DNA from: Tubiluchus corallicola
Taxonomy: Eukaryota > Animalia > Priapulida
Assembly (NCBI GenBank): GCA_030141605.1
Contig: JAQGDQ010000001.1
Coordinates: 248,001-312,000, forward strand
Reading direction: 5' to 3'
DNA length: 64,000 nt
A program made the position numbers and the translations under genes. The notes under the pieces are model-generated. The model did not search any database. It was not told the origin of the DNA and worked only from the letters and a program-made list of their open reading frames with translations. Positions 11,408 to 25,300 of the stretch are shown here, piece by piece. Numbering within the stretch: position 1 is the first letter of the stretch; every line of letters starts with the position of its first letter.

Positions 11408-14400
11408 ATGGCAGGGAAACTGTATAGCTGCAGTAAAATTTTCCACACTTTTGTTTTTCCGCAATATTGTATAAGGAGGTATTTATGTGAAAATGTAAAA
11501 AACAAAAGATATAACATGCCGCCTTCTTTAAACGATGTACCAAGGCCATGTGGCATTGCAAGTTTTATGAAGTTGCCTGTGCAAGTTGATGCAATTGGTA
11601 TTATGTGTTAACCTAACATTCTATTAATACTATCTTAGTATATAATTAGTTAACAGTAGTTATAATTTACAAATTTGAGTCTTCAATTTGATGAAGTTAA
11701 AGCATTATCACAAATTTACGATTGCCAGTTAATCATATCTGTTTAGCAGACTAAGGGTCTGAAGAGTATAAGTCAAATAGAAGTCTTACAAATGCAAACG
11801 CTAGTTAAAACCTTTGACTTATATATTCAAGTTTCAACGCCTTAAAGCAATTCATAAACGTTGCATAAATTTAGTGCCTGATATTAATTTTTCGAGAGCA
11901 ATGTGTTTTTTTTTGTAGAACAAGAACGCAGTACTATTGATTTGATAAATGCATATAAGATTTTGAACAGTGGCAGCTTGTAGCTAAAATAAGTGGGGGT
12001 GCTGCTTCAGAAAATTTTTAACCATTGTTTTAATACTGCGAAAAACGAAACAGACGTATGTAATTTTAATGCTGCAGTTCAAGAATATTCTGGTACACAG
12101 TTTTTAGGCAGGTGACAACGGATAACAAACTGTGTGAGTGACAATACTTTCTCTATGTGCGCACCGCACAGCATGTTATCTCAGACATACACGCATGACC
12201 GCATGCGCCAAAAAGCCAAGCACAGTGCTGTGAAGCATACAGTACTACCATCACATGCTCTGGTTCCGTAGAAGTATAAAGAAAGAACTAAAAAGAAGAT
12301 TTATTATATTGAATATTATCGATAATATTGAGTGAAAATAGGGGGTGCTGCAGTTCCACAATGCCTATAGACGAGCTGCCACTGATTTTGAATAATGATA
12401 CTGTACGTGTTCAACTGATTTCTTTTTTTAGACCTTTTTGTCATCTTCTGGGTTATTCTGTTAAGCATTTTTGTCCAAGTGTTAACTAATGTATGGATGC
12501 ATTTCTTTAGTTATTTTCTGATTAGTTTATGGCTAATGTCACACATTTGGGTCATTCAAATGCCTTATGGTAGGCTTGCATTGCCTATGAAATTTTAAGC
12601 TAAGTTATTGACGTTGTTGTTGTGGTCGTCATATCATCATCGCCGCATGGCCTATCATGTTTAGTAAGTTTGCTAAACATTTTTCACAATGCTTGCTAAA
12701 CAAAATGATTCTGTTTGCACGATGTGGAAAGAGGAGAGATATATGTTTCTGTCTGGGTATATTCATTACCTGTCACAATTAATTAAATTGATTTGGAAAT
12801 GATAATTATATACATGTACTTTTATCAATATAATCTAGCTTGAAATGCAGGGTTTAGTGACTCTAGCGTTCAAAGGAATCAATTTATGTGAGAATTTTCC
12901 CACACATTGCACGTTCCAGGTTGGAAAGCATAAACAGCTAGTCATTAATTACAATGGTGATAGCTTTTGAGTAGAACAGCAGCAGCCTAGGCATGGCTTA
13001 TGTTATCAGCTTAATTTAGAAGCGATTTGAAGGAACAAGCGTTGGCAGCCAGCAGCAAGTATACTTGATACAGTCATAACATTATTTGTGTTATCACTGT
13101 GGCGTCATTTCAGAAGTGAGCTGAAGGGAAACCATTTATCATTGACAAAAATATGTAAACATTTAGAGGTTTTGAATAAAACGCTTGTGTTTACACGTGT
13201 AAACATTACAGCATTAATTGCCACCACCGCCATCTTCATTATTATTATAATATCTGCATTATTACAAATAAAATGAGTAATACAGTTAATCAGGTTAGAA
13301 ATTCCCATTATCTTTACTTGCCCAAAGGACTAGTAACAGTTAAAATTTATTAGTCCTTACGTATTTTTTGTAGTCGTTACGTAAATATGTTGATGGAAGT
13401 CAGGATAGAAAAAATTGTTTTATAGCAGTTTATTCGATATCGAAACATGATTTCTTATTGAATCTGGTGGTGGTTTAATGTATTTATTTTTTGGTCTCAA
13501 GTTTTCCATTTTTCGATTAAATTGTTGGAATAATGCTAAATTTGTTTAATTATTCAAAGGTATTACCAATTTTAATGTAATATAGATAATTTCCACAATT
13601 GTAAATTGTAGGGCAGTATAATTATATTTCCTGTATGTACTTAGTAAGCACATGTACTTGCAACTAGTTATTTAACTACAAATTTGAAATATCACAATAA
13701 TAAATGCATAGCAAAAATAGAAGCATAATAAACAAACACAACTAAGTTAGTGACTTGAAACAGTTCTTCTCTAATGTACCTCATCCATCAAAGCACTTTT
13801 TATGGCTACTGGTATTTAAGGTTGAATGTGTGTTTATGAAATTTTTGAAATTATGAATGGACTCAATGGTCTTGAGTGTAATGGCTTTTTTTGCTGTTAG
13901 TGATGACAGCAGAACTAGCAGTCACTGTAAAAAATTAGTGAAAAGAAGATCTAGACTCGATCTTAGAAAATGTACTTTTAGCTGAAGGTTAGTATTACTT
14001 GAACTGGTTAAAGAGGGAAGCTATACATTTTTTCAGCGCAAATACTTTCAAGATTCACATGAATGAAGAGAATGGTTGGCATAGCAAAAGCTTGTCTGAG
14101 CTTATAGCCCCAGTTATTATTGCCACTGATTATATTTTTCATGCTATAAAACATAAATTTGAATAGCATTTGAAAATAAGATAAGACTTTTTATTGATCT
14201 CTTTAAACTTTAAAGATGTCAAAATAATTTTGATATTTAGCAAAATGATAAATATTTGGTGGTACTTACTACTTAGTATTAAAGGGAAAATTAGTTAATT
14301 TGTAAATGGACAAACTAAACGTTTGTATTTGTCATTCTTTGCTAAAGTAAGCTCTGAAACTGTTTGCAAATCAGTGTACATAGTGAATAATTTCTGGCTA

Positions 14401-17400
14401 ATTATAAACGTAGTAGATGTACAATATTCATGTGTTGATAAAAATTAATTGCGGAGACATGTAGCAAAATAATTACATGCCATTTTACAAGTTGGTCTCC
14501 AACAATTTAGCAGAATTCATCCAGCTATTCAGTATAAGTATGCAAACCAAGTAAGCAGTTACAAAATAATGTTAGCAAATAACAATATGAGATAACCCTG
14601 TTATTAATTCAATGACTTGATCATTAGTTTTAATTTGACTGAGTTAAGCTAATTTATGGAAAAAGTTTCTGTCTCTATTTGAGTATTTCACAATAATTTC
14701 ACATTTGTCAAGAAATACTAATTAATACTTTTTAATTGAAATTAATGGTTGATTCTAACATGTAACAAAGTCGTAATAAATGAATAAAATTGCTTATTTT
14801 GACAGTGTTTTAGTTCCGTAGAATTGGAAATTGTCTTCTAAATCTTGATTTTTCGTTTTGAAGGAGTGTTTAACATTTTGAAGCTATTTATCATTAAAAT
14901 TGTGACCACAGAAACATTTTTTCTTGCATTTCATAAAAACTATTGCATGTTTGTATTTTAGGGCTGGATGCATGTTTTGTGGGGGTTCCCCTGGACACCG
15001 GAACTACAAATCGTTCTGGAGCAAGGTTTGGACCAAGACAAATTAGAACTGAATCAGCACTGCTTAGGCCGTTTAACAATGCTACAGGTAATTCAGAGTA
15101 TTTTAAAAACACCGTTCATTTTTGTCTTCTTTAACCCATAAAATTTCACACAAGCTACTTTAATTTTTTCTAATCATGCGTTTGTGTTAACAACTGCTTG
15201 TGAAAAATAGTTTATTTTGATGTAACCATATTTTGTGCTGTACCATCTGTGCTCAATTTAAAACTATGCACTATTTTTTTTTTTGAATAAAAGCATTAGT
15301 TAATTAAGATACATTAAACCACTATGTAGTCTTTAAAAATGCTCAGTTAAAACAGAAGCATACAAAAAAAGTCCATTTATAAGATTAAGAGAGAGATGGC
15401 TACAAGATAAAAAAAACTAGTACCCTGAGTGAAAAAATAAGTTTAGATAATCAGAAGCATACGAAAAAAGTCCATTTATAAGATTAAGTGAGAGATGGCT
15501 AAAAGATAAAAAAACTGGTATCCTAGTGAAAAAATATATTGAGATAATTAAAAATACGTAATACCCATACATAATAAAACGCAAATACAAAAACTACATG
15601 TATACTAAGACACCTAATTACCGAAACAAATTCACTACAAACACAAGAATCTTAAGTGAAACACATTTACTTGATTAAATCAAGTAAATCAGTATCAGCA
15701 GTATCGGCTTACAAGGAATGCTTATGTAACATTCTACAGTGTCATTCTTTGCTAGGTGAAATAGATTTTTACCACATTTACTTTTCATTATTGTGTTTAA
15801 CTGTTTTAACTGAGCTAGTTTAATTACATATTTTTATTCCAATAGGTGCCGCTCCATTTGAATCCATTCAGGTTGCTGATGTGGGTGATGTTAGTGTAAA
15901 TTTGTACAATTTGCCAAAAGCTTGTCAAGAAGTCATGGAGCATTTTGCTAAGATCATGGATGTTGGTTGCAAGCCACTTACATTAGGAGGCGATCACACT
16001 GTATCGTATCCGATTCTGCAGGCCATAAGTGTAAGCTCTGACTGCTAGTGCTAGCGTGTGCTATCTGTATTACGTGTTGTAAGTAGTTTTTATTAAACGC
16101 ACTTTGTTAGCAATGTACATTTCTTAATTAAAATGTTTTCGTGTACTTTTTGAATTTAGATTTCATTAGATTTTGCAGCCATTTTGATTATGATTTGTGA
16201 CCGTAATCATTGTATTCATAGTACTTTTTACTTTTGTAGTATTGTACTTTTTAGGCTAAACATGGTCAAGTTGGATTAGTACACATCGATGCTCACTCTG
16301 ACACCGGTGATGTTTTATGGAATGAAAAAATCACACACGGTACACCTTTTCGTCGCTGTGTAGAAGAAAATCTGTTGGACTGTAAAAGAGTTGTTCAAAT
16401 AGGATTAAGAGGGACACGTTATACACCTTTTGATTACAAATGGGCTAGAGACCAAGTAAGTGTAAATCAACAATAAACTTTTGTGTTTGTGCTTCCTTTC
16501 TCAACAACGACTTTGTTTGTTGTCATTATAAGTATACTTGCACTGTTTACAAACAATGGCAGTTTGCGAATCAATTTTTTCTTGAATTTGAATGGCCCAC
16601 ACATTTATATTGGTAGCATACATTGGCACATGTCCACTTTTAAGGGACAGTAAGCAATGAACATTTGATCGGCAACAAATCAATTTGTTCACGAAAAAGT
16701 AAGGTAGGCAGTAATCAAACTATAAAACTGAGTAGAACAACTCTGGTGCTTTGTCCTCACATTACTTAGATTTGGAATCTAGTTTTGCTAAGCAGGCTGA
16801 GCAACTTGAATATTCGTAGGGCTTTTGAATGTTTAAAGTTCTAAAAATCTTTTATATAATGTATTCTGGATTTATTACTGGTGGTTCTGAAAGGCTAGGT
16901 TGGACTTGAAAAGTCAAAGAGGGAACGTGCACTTAATCGCCATGGTGTGCACTTAATTGTCAAATATATAAGTTAATGACAGAAGTTAAATAATTTCGAA
17001 CCTTATCAATAAGTGGTTGGGTAAAGTGTTTGTGGCTAGTTTCTTCTATCTTCAACTATTTACTTCTCTTATGGAGGATATCTACACATTTGAACATGGT
17101 TGAAAAAGCTGAGCAAGATTACGGTTTTTACCACAACCATCTGTAATTAAGTAGCCCTTGCTGTTGAGTGCTGGATCCCACCTTATAGAGTTTGATGCAC
17201 TTGGGCTTTACAAACAATCCAGGTTGTAGAATTTTAAAACGGCTGCAATTAATGTAAGAACGAAATTGCGTGCTAATATTTTACATCATTTTAATTTGCT
17301 TGTGTTTTGAGTGCAGTAATATGGAACGAATTCTAGTGGTTTTATTAGTAAAGCAAAGCAAAAAAGATCTTGATCAGTGTCATCACATTAGCTTTTATAA

Positions 17401-20400
17401 TCTAGCTAACCTTTGTAGAAAGTGGCTTTCATGTCTTTTTTAGCTCACTTTTTATAACTATGATGCTAACATAATAACACTCGCAGACAGTTGATCATCA
17501 TCATCATCAGGATATACTCATCCACTGTTGGATGAATCCCTCTTCCCTAGCTTGCCACAATGTCCTGTCATGGGCATCATTCTGCCAATTAATTTTCTGA
17601 TATTTCACAAGTTCATTGTGCCATCTTGTTGATTGTTTTCAAAACCAGCAGTGTTTAAAACCTATATCAATGTCATGCTCTTTAGTCATTTAGTTGAAAC
17701 GTGTGTGCTCTATACTAAGCTAAAACTGCTGCCACCCAGAAAAATTGTTTAAACTCTGCTACCTGATTTGTGTTGACAATTGGAGCAATTCCTGTAGAGT
17801 GTGTGTCGGTGTTTTATGAAGATATGTTATTACGTCTCTTATATGGAAGTCCGTGTACTGTTTTACCATAGATGCTTTTACTTACCTGCTTCTTATGTTT
17901 TAGGGATTTCATTGCATACCAGTTGAAGAATGCTGGCATAAGTCTCTGTCACCCCTCATGGAAAAAGTGCGAAACCAAATGGGTGATGGTCCAGTGTATA
18001 TAAGTTTTGATATTGATGGTATTGATCCCGGATTTGCACCAGGCACAGGTATACTTACCAACATGAAATTTTAAAGACTATTTTTCTAATGTAGCGGGGT
18101 GTGAACATTTTCTAATATAGCGGGGTGTGAACATTTTGTTAAAAAAGAATCTTGATAGGCTTACTGGTCAGATTTTAACATTGTTATACATTCTTATACT
18201 CACTTCTAGTTGGAAAAGCATCAAGAGCGAGATAGTTGTGGCAGTAAAAGGTAGTATGGTAACGTTCTTAGTCAAAAACAAGGATTTTTTATTTAACAAT
18301 TTTAAGAAGTTTCTGTAAAGGTTGTCTGGAACTAAAAGTTGTTTTGTAAAGCTAGGAACTAGGAACTTTACCAAACTGAGACAAATAAATGTAACTCAGG
18401 AAAACTTGGTTCAATGAAAGGTCAGTGAATGCATGGTACTTGTATCACTAATCTGTAGAGAAAAAAATAAAAGCAAAGATGATGGTCATGGTAATTTGTT
18501 ATAAGGTGAACTTCACATAAGCCAGTACTTACAAACATAATGCAGATGAAATGATGTTATTTTGCAAATAAGCAGAGTTAGTTAATTAAATCACAGTGTA
18601 AAATGCGATAAAATAAACATGATCATAAGCTAAAAGTAAAACAAAAATCACCACATTATAACAAAATAAGCTAAGTCATGACTGAAACCAAATATTAACC
18701 AAAACGACATACATTCTGACACAAAACTAAAAATATGTGTATTAAACAATAGGCTGGCAATCTAACGACAACAGCAGCAGCAGCAGCAGCAGCAGCAATA
18801 ACAATAACAATAATAATCTCTTTTGTCTACATATAAGAGGAGGCTGACAACTAAAAGCAGTCAGTAGCCAATCGTTATAGTAGTGATAAACATGCACAAG
18901 ATAGTAGGGCCGGATGAATGAGAAAGATATTAAACATATCAACAAGTAGTAGGTTTGAACCTGATACCAAATTAAACAGCAAGTTAAAACCATGACTGTA
19001 TGACTAACAACAGACACTCAAGGGAAGCTTCTAGTGTGACACTAGTGCTGAGTGATCCTGCTGCTCAGGACAACTGTGAAGAATTTCAAGTTTGTCCTAA
19101 CTCGTGGAGATGGTGCTCTGTCTTTATAGCATGTCATATCTAAAGGTTGCGTCAAACTCCACCACAAAAGTCTTGAGAGTGACAGCTCGTATTTGCACTA
19201 AAAGGTGTTTTTGTGAATGTTGTTGTGATTATTAAAACATTCTTGTGATTGTTGTCATTTCAATAATCTCTGGCACATGTATTTGTTCTAGGCACACCAG
19301 AAATTGCTGGTCTTACTCCTATACAAGCAGTAGAGATTATTCGTGGCTGTCGAGGCATGAATGTTGTTGGAGGTGACTTGGTTGAAGTAAGTGTATAATA
19401 ATGAAGCTTGCCATAAGTGATTGATATTTTTTCTCAGTGTTTGACAAGACTAATAGTTTGACAAGCACATTCTAAGTTTGGATCTAAGATAGCTACCAAT
19501 GATATGAATGCTACTGCTATTAGTTGTATTAGTTATTAGGATTAGCATACCTATAACTTCATAAATTAGCAAGAATAGTACAAGTTGCTGAGTCAAATTT
19601 GATATAGTTCTATGAGTATGACCAAAATAGCTGTAAACCATGAAGTTTATATTGCTCGATGTTAAATCAGTTATCAAGCAAAATTACTTTTTTATTCAAA
19701 AACTATGCCGTAGCAAAAAATATTTCTAAACACTACTGTCATCACTTGGAAAGCTTTATGCACGAGAATATGGGAAATTATTTGGACAAGGTTTCTTATG
19801 TACATGTGCACTTCTCATTTAGCACATTTAGCCTACAATGAAGTTCCGAGAAAATAGCTGAAAATGTAGTGAAACCTTGTTATAGCTCAGGTCTGGAACA
19901 CCACTGAATGTGGCGTTATTGCGTGGTTGGCGGTAAGGTGACTTTCACCAAATATTGACAATTAATCTATTGTAGAACTTTAATTTAGTTCCACAGTTGA
20001 TCTTAATATGCAGTAAATAGTGTTTTTATATTCTTGTACCTGTAGCTGTTCATAAGATGCTGGCAATTAGCCAGCTGTTGTTAACAGACATATGCAGCCA
20101 CCTCTTTGGACATGCATGAATTCACTCATCTGAAGGTAACTTGACCTTGAGTAAAGCGGTATAGGCAGTTTGAGTACTAAGGCGCAAATTCACATCAGTT
20201 CAGTGCTCTAAATTTTGAGAAGTTGTTAGGGGCTATAACCATTAAGTTACATTTTGGAGCATTATTAGTTTTTTGGTCCTGAAGAGAAAATAGGTGAGTG
20301 GTCATGGTATGTGCATACTTGAGTTGCGATGAAACCCCCCAAATAGTTAGTAGGTAGATGACTGACTACTACGAAAACCAGCTCTGGACATTTTCGTATA

Positions 20401-21360
20401 GCTGGTTAACTGGTATAGAGATTGTCAACATTAAGTAGATTTGAGTCCCTGTAGTTGAGTGCTGCATGGCAGCCTTGCAGAATGCTCTGTCACTATCAGA
20501 ATAGCAAAATATACAAATGCCTGGAACTGTTTATCAATAAATCCACTTTTAATCACATTTTATATCGATAGCATTATTTGATTTGAAAAAACCTCATTAA
20601 CCTTTTTCATTTAATCTGTTTATCCCAGTTAGTGGAAAAATAGTTTGCAATGTCTAGTCAACTCTTGATTTTCTTTTCACGGACAAATTCACAGATTTGC
20701 TTCTTTTGCGTAGCAGAATGTGCTACACGTGTCATGTCAACTCCAATTTACACTGAGAAAATTCATGTCCTTGTCTATGCTCCTAGTCAGCTTAAAATTT
20801 CTATATTATTTACTTTCCTACAGTCACATGCTACAAGATTTAAATCTTTAAATATCATGATTACTTTTATTTTGGAAGGTTATTGTTTTTATGTTAAAAG
20901 GTAACTGTTTTTGCAGTACAATAGCATTTTTCGTGTAGTAATTGTGTACTGCCTGGCATTATAACAAGGTTAATTTATTGTGTGAAATAGACGTTTGGCA
21001 CACCAAATGCATTACTGGATGGTGGCAGACAAGGTTGGCGGTATTCCCTTAATTTAATACATTATGGAAATCGGAATAGGGCAAAAGTTGGTGTTATGGC
21101 GAGGCTGGCATTATAATGGAGGGCGGTATAACAAGGTTTGACTGTAGCTGCGTTAGCTAATAGCTGATACTAGTAATAGCTGCAGTTATAGCTAATAACT
21201 AAAAAATTAGGTGCAGTCATATCACCATTAGCTTTACATTTATTTTTGCTTACAGGTTTCACCTCCATATGATCAGTCAGGTAACACGGCACTACTTGGG
21301 GCTAACCTGCTTTTTGAAATGTTGTGTGTTTTGCCAAATGTTAAGTACTACCCAAGATAG
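11408..21360 (+). CDS. AGMAT: Agmatinase-family ureohydrolase (AGMAT / guanidino acid hydrolase), mitochondrial; 7 exons, 348 aa
   Basis: Exons 11408-11597, 14962-15087, 15846-16030, 16255-16455, 17904-18048, 19292-19386, 21256-21360, all GT-AG; total 1047 nt ending in TAG. Motifs GVPLDTGTTNRSGARFGPRQIR, LGGDHT, HIDAHSD, HGTPFRR, SFDIDGIDPGFAPGTGTPEIAG and DLVEVSPPYD give the full Mn-binding ureohydrolase set. AATAAA at 21516-21521. Confidence 0.95.
11968..12384. mobile_element. hAT-type MITE (417 bp) in AGMAT intron 1
   Basis: 14-bp TIRs cagtggcagcttgt / acgagctgccactg (1 mismatch), flanked by a perfect 8-bp target-site duplication attttgaa (11960-11967 and 12385-12392). Internal repeated motif gggggtgctgc. 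Confidence 0.9.
15353..15548. repeat. Two-copy tandem duplication, unit about 99 bp, in AGMAT intron 2
   Basis: cagaagcatac[a/g]aaaaaagtccatttataagattaag...gataat at 15353 and again at 15452. Confidence 0.9.
17495..17640 (-). mobile_element. 3' end fragment of an RTE-clade LINE with a (GAT)n tail
   Basis: Minus strand reads WQNDAHDRTLWQAREEGFIQQWMSIS* followed by tgatgatgatgatg, resembling RTE C-termini (W...AQDR..W....EAYVQQW) and their short-repeat tails. Confidence 0.65.
18082..18137. repeat. Short tandem duplication, unit about 26 bp
   Basis: ttttctaat[g/a]tagcggggtgtgaaca occurs twice just downstream of the AGMAT exon 5 donor. Confidence 0.85.
18770..18816. repeat. (CAG)n-(AAT/AAC)n microsatellite
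   Basis: cagcagcagcagcagcagcagcagcaataacaataacaataataat; it explains the poly-Leu ORF at 18742-19017. Confidence 0.9.
19867..21144. mobile_element. pogo/Tigger-like non-autonomous DNA transposon (about 1.28 kb) in AGMAT intron 6
   Basis: Right end tataacaaggtttgactg|TA. Left end tagtgaaaccttgttata resembles cagtcaaaccttgttata. Subterminal repeats ggcattataa at about 20956 and 21107. The left TIR and TSD are degenerate. Confidence 0.65.
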
Positions 21361-24300
21361 AAGACTAGTTTTTCTAGTAGCAAACAAGTATGTATGTTTT
21401 TGTTACGAAATATTTACTTCCTGTTTCATAAATCTGCTGTCAATGACTTGTTTTGACAGTTGTGCTTATATAAGGAGTGCCATTACTGATGTACCTCATA
21501 GTCACTTTATATTGTAATAAATTGTAAAATATTTATATTGAAACTTACTTTGCACACCCTGCAACTATTTTCTCCATGAAACATGAGTTTTGACTGATAA
21601 TTTGAAAATCTTGAAAATCAAGTATTAATTATTAAAGCATTGGTCCAGCTTTGGCTTCTTAAAGGAGCACTGAGGCTAATTAACAAGTATGTGGATTGTG
21701 ATGTATCCGTATCGTACCATAACCTACCATGTGTGATTCAGTCGGTAAACTCACCATTTAGTCAAAAAAGCCTCCTCTGCTTTCTTAATGATGTCACTCC
21801 AATCATAGACGGTATTTCATGCTCCGCACACATACTAAACAGCCTAAACTGCCATGTTGTACAAATGTGTAGAAATACTACATTTGATTTTTAAAGTTTA
21901 AGTTCTAACTTTGTCAAATTGAATTCTCACCTCTTTTTCTATTAAGGCTGTGACCTAATTCATGTTGCTGATTATTATTATGACTATTTGATTTATTAAA
22001 AATGACAAACTTGTTCAGAATAGACAATGTATTAGTGTGTGAATTTATGACCATAAATTGGTATTTCTGTATCACACTTATCACACAAATATTTGTAATT
22101 ATCGTAAACGTATTAATTGGGTAAACTGCCAGCTGACTGTTTATTATAAACTTTGCACTCAGCAATTTGCTCATAGGAATTCAGTGAATCGTCCACAGAA
22201 AGTGGGCAAAATCCAGACCACAAATCTTTTTTCTTGGACCTCCGGTTTCCAGTAAAGAATAATTAGCTTTGAAGCCCATAACTGCCTGTTTACATACCAA
22301 GTCCCTGGCCAGGCATGGGGCATATGAAGGCAGTGATTTTTTTGTCTCAGTTTCAGTTATTTATTTGACACTGCTATAAAACTTGTGTAAAGTCAGCAAC
22401 TGCAGATCTTGTAAAGGACAAAACGAATTATAACATTTTTACATCTTGCCATACTTATGTTTACCGAAAATTTTCTTTGATCTTAATAGCGGCACAGTGC
22501 AGAATTATGCACGCAGTACATATCCCTTCTTCTTTTCTGTGTGAACAGACCATACATACCATTAACATTTGCATACATTATGGCAACGTATTTTACACTT
22601 GTATATACATAGTTTAACCCGAATTCATGAATATAATTAGTATCAGTTGGCAAATGTAACTAACATTAAAAGTTCAACTGTATTCTTAACTGAGCACTTT
22701 AATAGAAATAACTTAAATTCATTACTATTACGAACTCAAATCACATCAGGCACAAACCTGTGACTCATAAAAATAAACAGCAACTTTAACTTGACTAAAG
22801 TTATTAAATGACATCATAATACTAGTTACTATAACTGCACAATTTCTGAACAAATTTAGCTCAGTATGACTTCATCATTTTAATATCATTATGAGATCAT
22901 GTATAAGGTCAGTGCGGCATCACTATGACATCAGATTCTTGACTGGATATGTAACGTTTATTTGCCTTCTTTTGCTGATTTTCACACAAAAGCAGTTATA
23001 GGGCCCCCCAGATAGCAAAAATTTTAACAACGGTAGTAAGTAGCCACTACAGCGTGTAACCTGCTGTACAAGACTTGATGTTGAAAACATAATCACTAAA
23101 AGTCTTATGTGCAAACTCAAGTGCAGCAAGACAATTTAATGCTAACCTCAATCAACAATCAATTTCTTAATCTTTATTTAAGTGTCATTTAATTTTAAAT
23201 TGGGTCTGCTGCCCATTTAATTTTTTAAACATAGGTATATTACTCCGTACTAAGATAATCATAATAACTATATTGCTACAGGTGTAAATTTATTGTAATG
23301 ATGTACCTAATGCACAAGTGCATAGGTTATCATTTCATTCACATTACATTTATATGCTGTTCTTTCGTATTTTTGTAGTAGTGTATTAATGTTGAGCCAA
23401 ATAAAATTAGTGATTTATGATTACCAGCCACAAGGCATTATGTTTTTTATCTTTTTACCTTATCTTTACAATAAGCTACTGATGGCAAAAGTGGTTAATA
23501 TGCAAGAAATTTCATATTAGTACTATCTCACTTCCTGAACACACACTAGTTTTCAAAACTATCGGGCATCATTTATTCACTTTTATTAACAGACAGATTG
23601 ATTTTTGGTTTTAATACAGCCCTTAAATTCCTTAAACTTTCGGTAGGGGGTGGGGGAATGGTAACAGGCGGATGAATCACTTCTTGATCCAACATCAACT
23701 GCTCCACCTCTTCTCATTAACTAATTTCTTCGTGTTCCTCTTGTTGTACATCCTTTCGCCGCCAGTCACGTACCATGTTCTCTCATTGAGGATGGTGTGC
23801 TGTCTCTTCTGTGCCTCAATATCACTGTCGTCATCAGATTATTTAACCAACCAGTGCAAATTGAAATTAAACTATGGCTTGATTGTCATGTGATCCTAAT
23901 AGCTCATCAGCCAATATAATACTTCCAAATGTTCATCTGCCATCTTTTCTTTTGACAAAAGTTCTTGGTTCTAATCCAGGTTCAATCATGATTTTTTTAA
24001 AGTTTCTTACTTTTGACGAAATCTTTTTTTATACAGATCGTCCCAAATACCGCCAGTAAAAATAATTTTCCATTTACTGATCAAGCCTCAGTGTTACTTA
24101 ACTTTGGTCGCTAAGCGTATACTGCAATTGTTGAATGCTATTCTCTTTTCTTTATAATTATGTTCTCGTCCACATCACAGGCCATGTGTACCAAAAACGC
24201 AGTGCTCAATTAATTGTACTATAATGGTTCTCATGAAAAATTGTGAAATAAACTTTACCAACGTCGTCGAACAAGTGCAGATGGCAGAATGCTATTAGCG

Positions 24301-25173
24301 TATCGAAGGGCATTGAACAGGTAAGACCTATACTGTTCCGGAGTGGCAGTTCCACAACGTCTCACTGCAGCAAAATATCGTCACGAAATGCCCTAAGGAG
24401 GAAAAATGTGAAATAACAAATAATTTCTAAGTAAATATAAATAACAATTTATTATTGAAGTTATAGTGATACAGTATAAACACAATTTTAACTATACCGC
24501 GGCAAATTTAAACCACAATTCAGTACAACAATAAGTCCTACTCAAGGCTGTTGTTTGTAGATGGGCAGAACCTAGCTCACTATAAAAACTATGCCTGTAA
24601 CGTGAGCCATTGAACCAGCAGAGCTGTCTTGGACTATATTATGTTGTATACATTTTCTGTCTCTACGAGTTAAACAGTAAACAGCCATAATAAGTATGAC
24701 AGTTGAAGCCATACACAGTGAACCTGGCTGTCGCCCATCGATCCGCTGACCGTTTTCAAACAATAGACCGTTGGCGCCGTTCCTTACAATAATTTTTGTT
24801 CCCTATAGAATTTGTGTACAGAGTAGTAGTCAACATAATTCGTTCTATATGCCTACTGGGTAGTAATGCGTAGGCAAAGAAAATCCTCGCCGATTTATGA
24901 ACACATGCACTGTTAATTTGGTACTCCTGGAAGAAACCAATGTTCAAACCAACAGAAGCGAGAGGGAGCGGGGGAGCAGAAAGAAAAAATGAGAGGGAGA
25001 GAGAAAGGGAAAGAAGTGGGGTGGAGACGTAGTGAAATAAAGAATGTTGAAAAGTAGGGAAGAAACTAGAGTAGACAGAAATGGAAATGGATAGACAGGT
25101 AGGAGAAAGAGAGAGAGAGGGGGGAGACGACAGACAGACAGTGATATCCGACCATAATTTTATCATGGATTAT

Positions 25174-25175
<2 letters not shown>

Positions 25176-25211
<36 letters not shown>

Positions 25212-25297
25212 GGAGGTAGGGAGATCAGTGAGTTTGGATAAACTATATATGTATACATACATACATACATACATACATGTGTGTGTGTGTGTGTGTG
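25176..25297. repeat. Compound microsatellite (GA)n/(TACA)n/(TG)n following a purine-rich tract (about 24950-25220)
   Basis: Directly visible repeats; they abut the breakpoint of the inverted duplicate at 25301. Confidence 0.92.
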
Positions 25298-25300
25298 CAT

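Noticed and set aside
18955-19166. Minus-strand TGTGGTG...TATAAA...TGGTATCAG resembling an LTR plus primer-binding site
   Set aside because: There is no terminal CA before the putative PBS, no second LTR and no internal coding region.
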